From: Ophelia neglecta | Taxonomy: Eukaryota | NCBI GenBank assembly: GCA_965285935.1 | Contig: OZ260663.1 | Coordinates: 111,538,001-111,602,000 of the forward strand | Length of the DNA stretch: 64,000 bases | Reading direction: 5' to 3' | Position numbers and translations under genes: made by a program | Shown: in pieces, positions 8,947 to 18,700 of the stretch | How the letters are laid out: each line of letters starts with the position of its first letter | Position numbering within the stretch: position 1 is the stretch's first letter | The notes under the pieces: generated by a model | Database searches by the model: none | What the model saw: the letters and a program-made list of their open reading frames with translations, nothing else | Told to the model about the DNA's origin: nothing

Positions 8947-11718
8947 TTGCCGGTTATGATCGCCATTAAACGTAAGCCATGCACTGATAAATTCCAACAA
9001 TCTTTCCAACGGCAAACGTACAACTGGCGTAAAGGTATGGAAACGGGGAAAGAAAAGGACTACCGGCACCAGGCTTCCCAAAAACTGTCCAACCTCACTG
9101 CATTGAAATGGAACTCTAAAGATGAACTAGAGCAGAGTTATTCCCATATAGTAGATTGTCTAAGTGAAGCTGCAAGAAACAATATTCCAATAAAACAGTA
9201 CCGACCCTACATTAAACCCTATTGGAAAAGAGCTGCTCTTCCCGACTTACACGGCGATATGAAGCGGCTAAGAATTATTTGGATAGAGGAAGGGCAACCA
9301 CGTGGTGTACAGCATGCCTCCTTCAGGAACTATAAAGAGGCAAAACGAAAGTTTCGCAATGTTCAACGTACCCTCATAAACGAAATGGTATCGGAATACT
9401 ACCTTGAAGTAGACAAAGCCGCTGAGTGCGACCAAGAACAATTATGGAGATTAATAAATGCTCGAAAATCAAAGAAGCCGCCTGCCCTCTCTGAACTTAA
9501 TATAGGAGAGGAAACAATAAGGGATCCTTACAAAATATTAGACAAGTGGGCAGAACATTTTGCTTTGTTGTTCGCACCCCTTCAGGACCCTAGTTTTGAT
9601 GAGGAACATGCTTGCGCCATCGAACGTGCGGTGGGGGCCTTGAGGGTGAGGGCATCTGATGAGAATGACCCTGTTATGTCATGCCCGTTAACACGCTCAG
9701 AAATACAATCAGCTATTTCTCACTCAAAGAACGGTAAAGCCGGTGGTCATGACAAGCTGGTGTATGAACATCTGAAGCATGGCGGTCCTATTCTCGTTGA
9801 TGTGTTGATTAAATTGTTTAGTAGTATGTATGAACTGAGCTATGTTCCTACAGGCATGAAGCGAAGCGTAATTATACCAATATATAAGGGTGCGCGGAAA
9901 TTCGAAGACGATCGTGAAAATTTCCGAGGGATCTCACTATTGCCCGTCCTGTACAAGATTTGGGAACGGGTTGTTCTTAATAGATGGCTTTCGTGGTTGG
10001 AGGCTAACTCTTGTGAAGAGACCAGTAGCTTCCCTGTCGAGTCACAGAATGGTTTTCGAAGGGGGAGAAGTTCTATGATGACTTCGTTTGCATTGCAAGA
10101 GGTAATACATTGGGCCTCTGAGAGAGGTAGTAAAGTGTATGTTTGCCTATTAGATTCGTCCACAGCGTTTGACTGTGTTTGGAAAAATGGACTCTTTGTT
10201 AAGTTACACAAATATGGAATAAAGGGGAAATTATGGACGCTTCTCTTCGAAGCTTACACAGATATGTGTGCTATCGTGGGACATGACGGGAGATACTCTA
10301 GAGAATTTCCGGTATTGCAGTCGGTTCGACAAGGTAGTGTACTGGGCCCACATGCTTATATTGCCTTCATTAACGATCTCCCACTACAATTAGAAGAGTC
10401 TGGAATGGGGGTGCATATTGGTGATTTATATTGTGGTGCCTTGCTACAGGCGGACGATGTCGCCCTCCTGGCTCTAACCCCGAAATCGCTTCAGGTAATG
10501 ATGAACACTTGCCTTGCCTACAGTAGAACCTGGCGCTTTAGATTTAACCGTGAAAAAACCCAAATTCTCGTCTTCGGGCCATCAGCCAAGGTACAGTCAG
10601 GCCTGGAACTAACTTGGGACCTTGGTGGTGCTAAAATCTCACCGGTCGACCAGGCTTCCCACGTTGGCATAAATCTCTCCCCACGTGGAACCGGTGACAG
10701 AGCTCGAACAGTGGCCATCTCTCTGCGATCTCAGTTGGCAGGCCTGGTAGGCATTGGGATCCATCCTGCTGGGCTGACTCCACTCACATCTGTAAAACTG
10801 TACAGAAATGTTGTTCTTCCACGTGCGTTATATGGAACAGAGCTATGGACAAATGTCACATTGGCGGAAACTACGATATTGGAAGTTGCACATCATTTCT
10901 GTATTAAAACAATGCAGAATCTGCCTCTCCGATGTCGGTCAGCCAAGGCCATCTCTCTATTGGGATTAGGCAACATCATTGTGGAGATAAATCGTCGACG
11001 TCTTCAATTGTTTGGGACGCTCGCGGCCTTACCCGAGACAGCATTTCCTGTAAGACTGCTGCGCCTACGATTCGTGGACCTCTTGAATGGTAATGTCAAA
11101 CATCCAAGGGGGTTCGCTGTAGAGGTCATGTCACTCACCAGAATGTTGGGACTGGACGCCCAGGTCATGGGCCTCGTTGCTCAGGGGAGGTGGTGTGGAA
11201 AATATGCGTGGCGCAGGATGTCCAGAGAGGCTTTTAATTCATACAACCAGAGGTGTTTTGGTGCGGTCTTTGAATCAGACCCTGACTTTGCTGCATTTCG
11301 ACGTTTCCACCCAGAGGCCACGATTCCAAGCATTATATGGACCGTGTGCCGTCGCACCAGCGGGCTCAGGATACAGTTGGCATTTCTAGTTAAACTTTCC
11401 ACTAGAAACACTGGGGTCTGTCGCGAATGCATACTCTGCAGCGAGCAGTATCAAGATTGTGTGGAACATTTCGTTTGTTACTGCTCACGCTTCTCCGATT
11501 TGCGTCACGCATACTGGGATGCCCTTATTGACAACCTGGATGTACATGATAGCGTAAAGCTGTTTTGGATGTCAAGTGAAAATTTTGTGGACGCCTTCTT
11601 CAGCGGAAAACATTTAAATTGTAATCCATCTATTTTCTTGACAATCAATGGTCGATATTGGTACACCCTCAGACATTATGTAACAAATGACATACTTTAT
11701 AACTATAGTATTGAGTAG
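8947..11718 (+). CDS. LINE ORF2 C-terminal part: reverse transcriptase plus C-terminal zinc knuckle
   Basis: 923-aa frame with KAGGHD, IIPIYKG, NFRGISLL, QNGFRRGRS, LDSSTAFDCV, VRQGSVLGP, FINDL, LQADD, KTQIL, HVGI, LYGTELW and CILC-x9-H-x4-C. It is the continuation of the 8181 ORF across a frameshift at ~8940. Confidence 0.95.
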   Translation: MPVMIAIKRKPCTDKFQQSFQRQTYNWRKGMETGKEKDYRHQASQKLSNLTALKWNSKDELEQSYSHIVDCLSEAARNNIPIKQYRPYIKPYWKRAALPDLHGDMKRLRIIWIEEGQPRGVQHASFRNYKEAKRKFRNVQRTLINEMVSEYYLEVDKAAECDQEQLWRLINARKSKKPPALSELNIGEETIRDPYKILDKWAEHFALLFAPLQDPSFDEEHACAIERAVGALRVRASDENDPVMSCPLTRSEIQSAISHSKNGKAGGHDKLVYEHLKHGGPILVDVLIKLFSSMYELSYVPTGMKRSVIIPIYKGARKFEDDRENFRGISLLPVLYKIWERVVLNRWLSWLEANSCEETSSFPVESQNGFRRGRSSMMTSFALQEVIHWASERGSKVYVCLLDSSTAFDCVWKNGLFVKLHKYGIKGKLWTLLFEAYTDMCAIVGHDGRYSREFPVLQSVRQGSVLGPHAYIAFINDLPLQLEESGMGVHIGDLYCGALLQADDVALLALTPKSLQVMMNTCLAYSRTWRFRFNREKTQILVFGPSAKVQSGLELTWDLGGAKISPVDQASHVGINLSPRGTGDRARTVAISLRSQLAGLVGIGIHPAGLTPLTSVKLYRNVVLPRALYGTELWTNVTLAETTILEVAHHFCIKTMQNLPLRCRSAKAISLLGLGNIIVEINRRRLQLFGTLAALPETAFPVRLLRLRFVDLLNGNVKHPRGFAVEVMSLTRMLGLDAQVMGLVAQGRWCGKYAWRRMSREAFNSYNQRCFGAVFESDPDFAAFRRFHPEATIPSIIWTVCRRTSGLRIQLAFLVKLSTRNTGVCRECILCSEQYQDCVEHFVCYCSRFSDLRHAYWDALIDNLDVHDSVKLFWMSSENFVDAFFSGKHLNCNPSIFLTINGRYWYTLRHYVTNDILYNYSIE

Positions 11719-11867
11719 TTGCAGATGGTCTGTGGACCGAAATACAGTGAAATGAAGAATCATTTATCAGTCACGTCCACGTATATATACATGAGTATGA
11801 ATTTATAACATTGAAATATTTGTTGTACTCTCCAAATATGGGGGAATAAAAGGTTAACAACAACAAC

Positions 11868-12010
11868 AACCCAACAAGATCGTGTGTCTGTTGAACGATC
11901 CCTTGTGCCAACAAGACCGCGAGTCTGTAACCGACACCTTATTCTAACAAAACAGAAGGTCTGTAGACCGACACATTCTAAACCGTCGGTTTGTAGACCG
12001 AACCTTTGTC
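11868..12010. repeat. Right TSD (11868-11907) and continuation of the 37-bp minisatellite
   Basis: Exact copy of 7140-7179, followed by diverged units containing GTCTGTAGACCGACAC. Confidence 0.85.
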
Positions 12011-12800
12011 CCCCGTGTTCAGTGAATTACGTATATATCTCAAACACACACGATCCTCTATTTTGAGATTTCATGTATATGTCCAATTAACTGATCTCCT
12101 GGGAAAAGCGCAGGCATGTATTCGATACTGACGATTTCTTTTTCACTTATTGCCTAGCTTACACGGACTGTTTAGGGGATATTATTAAAATGTACACACA
12201 ATATATAACAAAATAAAATACTGTTATTTACCACCTTCTGAAGATATGTGGTTCACAGTTTTATTGTACCCTCAGGCTTATCGGTAGTGTCGAATACTTT
12301 AGTGTGTTTCGGGTTTAAATTATGAGAATAAGTGTAGCTCCCGGTGAACTGTTTACTTATATATAATAAAAATGTTTATATCTGTTTATATAATATCTGG
12401 TAGCATGCCTGTCATGATTATTAGCTACTGTAAATATCAAATTACCTGTGTTTGTGAGTGGGGGGGGGGGGGGGGGTTGGTTGCTAGTTCCTGATGATTT
12501 CGGGCGGATTTTATGGAATATGGCCGACTATTTATTAGGCTTTGTCTGCCGAATACCGTTCTTCAGACAGGATTCGCAGATAGGTTTCTTCCATCTACGA
12601 TTTAATATGGCTAGATTCGGTCAGGGCACTTCTTATTAACTAAAACGTATATCATTTAGAAAACCCCAAACAACTTGGGTATGCAGCAACCCGATCAATA
12701 ACTTAATTGTTATTTTCCAGATGTAAAACATAAAAGTACATCTACTGGTGTGTTCCGAATATTCCATTATGGCTTTGACCTTGGCCTTGTTCATCTACTG

Positions 12801-13034
12801 GGGCCGGTTTCAGGAAGCGATGTTAAGGTTTGGGATTAGAATAGGCTATTAGTGATAAGCCAAGACTGCGGTAAGCATTGTTTCTGTTGAACATAATTAA
12901 ATTTCATGGCAAAATGGCTGGATTTAAGACCAAACCCAGCTTCCATAAAAAGCCAATAAGAAAATTAAGACCGATTAAGCACTTTGATACTGATTTTAAT
13001 CCGAAATTAGGCTGAAGACTGCAGAAACCGGGCC
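12801..13034. mobile_element. Old MITE, PIF/Harbinger-like termini
   Basis: GGGCCGGTTTC at 12801 and GAAACCGGGCC at 13024-13034 form 11-bp TIRs with 1 mismatch. Flanks are CTG / TAG. Confidence 0.5.
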
Positions 13035-13090
13035 TAGAACGTTTTTTTGCGTGTAAATTGAGCATGCCTTTTTTTGCAGACTCCAGGGTG

Positions 13091-13172
13091 GTAAAATTGC
13101 CAGTTCTGGTCTAACTCTGACCTTCAATAGGTATAATTGCCAGTTATAGTCTGACTCTGACCTTCAATATGT
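13091..13172. repeat. Tandem duplication, period 40 bp
   Basis: GTA(A/T)AATTGCCAGTT..GTCT(A/G)ACTCTGACCTTCAATA occurs twice. Confidence 0.85.
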
Positions 13173-13589
13173 CTAACACGCAGCCGTTGTTGTCATTGAG
13201 CCTGCTTGAGTGCTCCGTCTGTCAATGGGGATCAACGGGAACGGATGCCCGGTAGAAGAAGCAAAATCATCATACAATGAATATTCCATTACATCGGTCC
13301 GATATGATCATCATAAGGGCTCTGTTTACCTTTGGTGGGCGTCCTTCCTGCTCGTCGTTTGTAAATCGCTTATGTTACATTATTGTACTATTTTGCCGAA
13401 GATTTGCAAATAAGATAGGATTTTGCATATAAAGTTCATAGCGCCATGAGAGATGCCAGCATGTTTAATATACAAGACTCGATTTCAGCGTTTATGGTTG
13501 GAGAAACGGAAGTTTTTATTGTCAACTCACTAACATCCAAACGTTTTGTCACTTTTTTACTCTAAAAGGCTCTTATCTCCAAAGCGAAT

Positions 13590-13757
13590 CCCATTCCTGT
13601 ATTGTGTTCTTAAAGGTCATCTGCTTATTAAGGTTATTCTTTTTCAGCCATTTCTCCAATTAAGACCATGTAACTTCACTTGTTTAGTCAGGTCACCTTG
13701 CTAATGTGGCCACTTTTTGCCAGTCCCTTGGCTGCCCTTAATAGACAGGTTTCACTG
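13590..13757 (-). mobile_element. Tc1/mariner-pogo-like MITE remnant (family of 15592-15763)
   Basis: Terminus TAGACAGGTTTCACTG at 13742-13757. The reverse complement (AAGGGCAGCCAAGGGACTGG...GGTGACC) aligns with 15596-15650. Confidence 0.6.
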
Positions 13758-13879
13758 TCACTGTAACGCATCAGAGATAATAACTAGGGTAGTTCAGTAA
13801 TTGTGGTCAAATAAGTTTAGGCCCGCGTTTACCCACTCTCCCCTAGTAGATTTAGAGTTCAAATAGTCAGCCTGTTAGC

Positions 13880-14577
13880 CACAGGAACCAGCAGATATCA
13901 ACAAAGGCAGGAGCAGTTTGTAGGCGTTCAGTGGAGGACACATTGTTTTATATGTCTTACAATTTATGTAGCCCCCATAGAAGGTAAAGTTGTCAAATAT
14001 GTTTAATCTAACAGTTAAGGTGTTATCAAATAATTTCTTATATTCTAGTAAAGTTAGGTTGTGTGTAATTTGTATTTCATGAGTTAAGTATATAACTTGC
14101 CAGACTGGCTCGGTGTATGTATGTATGTGTATTGGTGTGCAGTATATCAGCACATGTGATTTCAAGTTGTCCGAGAGTCGTCATTACGCATATGTATGGT
14201 GTTTAAATTGAACAGCTTATATAAGTGTTATATATATATATTCTTGGGGTGGCTGTCATGCTAGCGTCTTTTCCAAGACTTAATGGCAGTCTCCCTGACC
14301 ATATTCCTTAACTGTATATATCTACATCTAGTTACGCGCATGTTGGGGATTCGCTGGGGGTCGCGGGTGCTTCTCGGCCTCGGGGGGCATGGTGCGGGGT
14401 CTCATATTTGGTGGTGACCTTGCGTCCTGTCCTGCGTGGCTGGGGGGTTCCCGTCGCGTCTCGGTGGTTTCTCGGCATGCGTGTTGGTTTATAATTAGCA
14501 TAATGACTTAGTTTCTTGTGTTATGTATTATTGTTTTTTGGTCAAATAAAATGTTCTGACTCTGAATCTGAATCTGA
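13880..14577 (+). mobile_element. Decayed LINE 3' end
   Basis: Degenerate CRRSVED..H..C-like knuckle near 13920-13965, a GC-rich 3' UTR, GGTCAAATAAA and a (TCTGAA)n tail at 14561-14577. The 3' UTR is homologous to the minus strand of 51870-52070. Confidence 0.55.
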
Positions 14578-15591
14578 CCATGTCATTATTTGGCCCATTG
14601 TATGTGATTTATGAGGTATTAATGAGCATTTATATTCCAACTAAATAATCTAAGACATAAACATAATTCCCCCTTTTTATATTTTTTATTTTACAGTTTA
14701 ACCGTCACCATTCCGACAACTGTGTACACTAGGCCTATTGAGTCAATAACAAATGACTGTATGTTCCAAAAATTAATGAAAGGAGACATCAAGACAAATG
14801 ACGCGTTTAGCTTGTATCAAGGGCTACCAAAGGCTATAGTTACAGTATGCGCCTTTTCACAACACTGGGTTTCGCGCCTCCATAAGACAGCATACATAGG
14901 TCAGGAAAACAATGGGTCGAGAATATGCATGTGAAGAGGGCGAGGACGGAAGGAAATCAACAACATTCCACAACTCTGCCGCTGTCAGTTTTTCACAAGC
15001 CTTCCTTGCCAAACCTCTGGCTTGTGCCTCTAATAATAACCTATTCCTCCATAGACTCTCCTCGATCATATTTCATCATTTTCCTATGTTGTCTGCCGAC
15101 TTGTTGGGTTAGTGCTCTGATTTGCATCTTAGAAAACTATTTCAACTTGTCATTGCAAGTCAATATCAAGCCTAATTTTCTTATTATTAATTTCATTCCC
15201 GCCTTATTTACACTACTGGAACTGGTGAGATTTAGCCGGTGATTGTGATTCTCCCTTCAAGGCAAACCCAATGTATGTTTTGACGTGAGATCAACTTTTT
15301 AAAGGAACAATTCGACGAACAATATGCAGAGGCGTCGTCGGCAGCTTTCGTCTAGGCACAAAAACTAAAATGAATTTTCGTTCGGCTCGTCTTAAAATTT
15401 ACTGTCTGCTATCGAGTTTTTGTTCACGTCCCAGGACACAACTTCCCAATTTGAGTACCGTGTTCGGTATGTTATTAACTAAACGATAGGGGGAGGAATG
15501 CTCTCTGTTTCGCGATGCGTAGATGGCAAACGGCTCCAATAGTCGTTATAATAAGTAATATTCTACACTGTAGTTTGCGAAAGTTTGTAGT

Positions 15592-15763
15592 TTGTGGAAC
15601 CTGTCTAATCAGGTCAGTCAAGGGACTGGTATAAATATTAGGCAGGTGACCTTATTAAGGAGGTCATTTAATACAGGGATAGATGAGGAGAAGGCTATTA
15701 TGAAGTGGCCTTAGTTGGCAGGTGACCTCATTACACAGGTGACCACAAACACAGGTTTCACTG
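15592..15763 (+). mobile_element. Tc1/mariner-pogo-like MITE
   Basis: Left end GTGGAACCTGTCTAA; right end ACAGGTTTCACTG followed by TA; internal CAGGTGACC subrepeats. Confidence 0.65.
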
Positions 15764-18700
15764 TAGTTATACATTATATATAACATTTAATCGAAAGTTT
15801 ACTTCATACATAGTGGTTTACGGCATCTAGTTAGGTGGCTTTACATCGTCTTTATGTAAATGCTCCATATTATTTTGGACCTGTGTACAATTAACGAGAG
15901 AACACTACTTGGAAGATATCCCTCCAGACTAGTCTCACAACCTGTATTCTGAATTGAAACATTAGTACTTTAAGTCCGCCGGTCATTGAACTTAAAGTAT
16001 ACTTAGACCTCGTATCGATGTCTTTGTTTATTACGTCCGCCATTCAAAAAAAGACAACCTGGTATATTACGTTCCTGCTGGTTAATTACCTTAAGAGGTA
16101 GAATCCGGGGCACGTTACAGGGCTCACAATATATTCTTATACCTTTATTATTGGGTAAATATTGCATTAGGAGTAACACCCTCCTAATAACAAACCATAC
16201 TATGATACATTGACTGGCAGGCCGTGACATGGCCGTATCCACGGGCAGACTATAGATTGGTTCCACTACAGAATAATCCAAGTAGCCTCCTTACCTTCAG
16301 AGGATTGCCATGGCAGGCTGTTCCCACAAACGCGTATCTATTTTTCTGGTGCCACAGACAGGGCGTGTAAAAACGCATGCCTATTTGTCCACAAGGCTAC
16401 ATACAGTTTCAAACACATGTATATATACCCCTCAGTTTAGAAGTCCTGTTTGCACTTCGTTAAATCGTTAAGCTGTTTACCTGCTTGTTACGTATTTTCA
16501 TAACTTATATACTGTATAAAACAAATAACCTTTTCAGGAGGTGTACGTGAGACGCAGAAGCATTTTACAGCTAATGATACCCTAAAATACTTGAATTAAT
16601 TCAGGGGCTTTTCGGTTATTCAGGCAGCTTTTTTAAGAGTGGTTCATTTTCGATTCCAACAAATATTTTGCATCGATTCCAGAAATAGTAAAAGGCGGTC
16701 ATGTCATTTGTTTGATTGAAAATTAACACTCTCAATTATGTAACAAATTCTTCTCCAAATACCTAGGGCAGTCAACAATATTTGGCATATTCTCTACATG
16801 TGTTGTCTTAAATAGGTGTTTGTTCTTTGTGCTTTGACGAGAATAGCTCTCTATGACGAAGTCTGTAGAAACCAATATTTTTCAAGCAGATGAAAAGGGG
16901 CACAATGTCTTTAGAAAGCCCTAATGCAGGCCATTCATTTGTTCGCGGTGTCATTGTGGCTTTGGTTCCAAATCGAAACTTTTTCTGATTAAAGCGAAAC
17001 ATGGTGCTATTCTTCAATCTGTTTTTGCCTGCCGAAGAGTGGTGAAAAATATTGAGGCCTACCATGTTTCAAGATAAAAGCCGCCGCTAACGATTCCTGA
17101 TGGGCATGTTTAGTCGATGAATGGTTTGCTCTCTATATTTAGTAAGGTTTAAGGAAATAGCATAACAATCCCCCTTCTAGCTAGAATATGCATCTTTTTG
17201 CCATTGAGCTTATTCTTGTCAAAAAATTCGTTGCCTTATCTTATCGCTGCCTTATCTTTTCCGTCCAGCCCAGCTGTTCAGAGCTCAATGAAGTCCCTTC
17301 GCTATTTCGCTAACCACTACAGACACGTAGACAAGTGCCAAACGACGCCGGCCAGCGCTGCGCCCGGCTGGCTGCCGATAGAGGCCGGCCTTCTCCGCCC
17401 AGTGTTTACAGGGCCGCTCCTGATATCAGTAGACTGTTAAAACCATGTGTTTTCAAGATTGTGAGATTCTAATGAAATATACGGAATTCGTGAAGTCCTG
17501 TTCTCCATTGGTTTCAAACAAACCGAACACTCTTCTATGCAATTAGTCGAATATATCCCTGATGATTCTATAGGAACAGGAGGATTATTTTCCCAATAGA
17601 AAACCCTTTTGCCACGATAATTTCTTAGGAGAAACACCGGTCCATGCTTACGAGGAATACAATGAGTATGAATTCGTCAATATATATACCGGATATAACT
17701 TATTTCCTTCTGGAATTCTTGTGAATATTAAAAGAAACGTTTAAAGTATAAGGAAGATTAGTCTACCGCGCTGACCCAGCCTGCATCGCCCAAAAAGAAC
17801 TGACATTACATTGTGATTTTATATGGCCACGCAAGCTGGTCGTTGGGTCTAACTCAGTAGTTAGCTGTGACCAGGCTGCTCACGAGGCCAGCAGATATAT
17901 ATGTTTGCTCAGACCTCGTGCGTATTCAGATACAAGTGGATTTACAATGAACAGACAATGAATAGCAGGCGCGCCAAGGTAGGTCGTATTTATATATCAG
18001 CACAAGGACCTTACCCTGCAAACGTATTAGCTCTATTGCAAGATATAATCCCATTAGAGGACGCCCATCTTATATATTCTTTATCCGAAACCGCCTGGAA
18101 ATTCAAGACATCTAAGTCTGTTGCAGATAATTCTTGCCATTCACTGTTAATCAATGCATTTTTTTGTTCCTCTCGATCCTCGATGCAATATTTCATTTAG
18201 ACTTATTTCCTTCGTCAAACAATCATGCCGGTTTTGGCAGTTACGACAAACAGTACGCACTGCAAGCCATGGTGAACATTTCAGAAGATGTTTGAAATTT
18301 ATTAGCTAATGCAATAGTTGAATGTGGGAGTGGGGAAACGTTAATGGATTACCACTTGTAAAGCAATTTTATGTTGATGCGTGCGTATGCTCCATACTAC
18401 TAATTTGGTCATATAAATGTCTAGAATCGGAAGCGTTCAAGACAGTATATGGTCGGTTTAAGCAGTGGATTAAATGACATCATCATAGCAAAAGGAATGT
18501 AGCATAAACTAGTGCCAAGCATTCTGCCGGCACTGATTGGATGTTAATCTTTAATGCGATTTTTTTTTTAAAAACACAATTAGTATTGCATTTTATATCA
18601 ATAGATAAGCACAGGTGTCCTCATTGGCCTGTCGATTACACACACGGCTGAAAATAACAATGGCGCCATTCCCAACTAATTGATTACATGGGAACCTAGC

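Larger units (their letters stand above)
7180..11867 (+). mobile_element. Non-LTR retrotransposon (LINE) with ORF1 and EN-RT ORF2; probably RTE-group (RTEX/Proto2-like); likely 5'-truncated within ORF1
   Basis: Two ORFs, a short 3' UTR with AATAAA at 11845-11850, an (AAC)5 tail at 11856-11870 and perfect 40-bp flanking direct repeats. The clade call is an inference from the C-terminal zinc knuckle, the LYGxELW motif, the long TSD and the short-repeat tail. Confidence 0.95.

Noticed and set aside
15373-15395. miR-375-like sequence TTTTCGTTCGGCTCG
   Set aside because: The seed TTGTTCG is absent and I see no complementary arm.
17347-17400. HDV-like ribozyme (GCCGGC-rich)
   Set aside because: The nested double-pseudoknot pairings could not be built.
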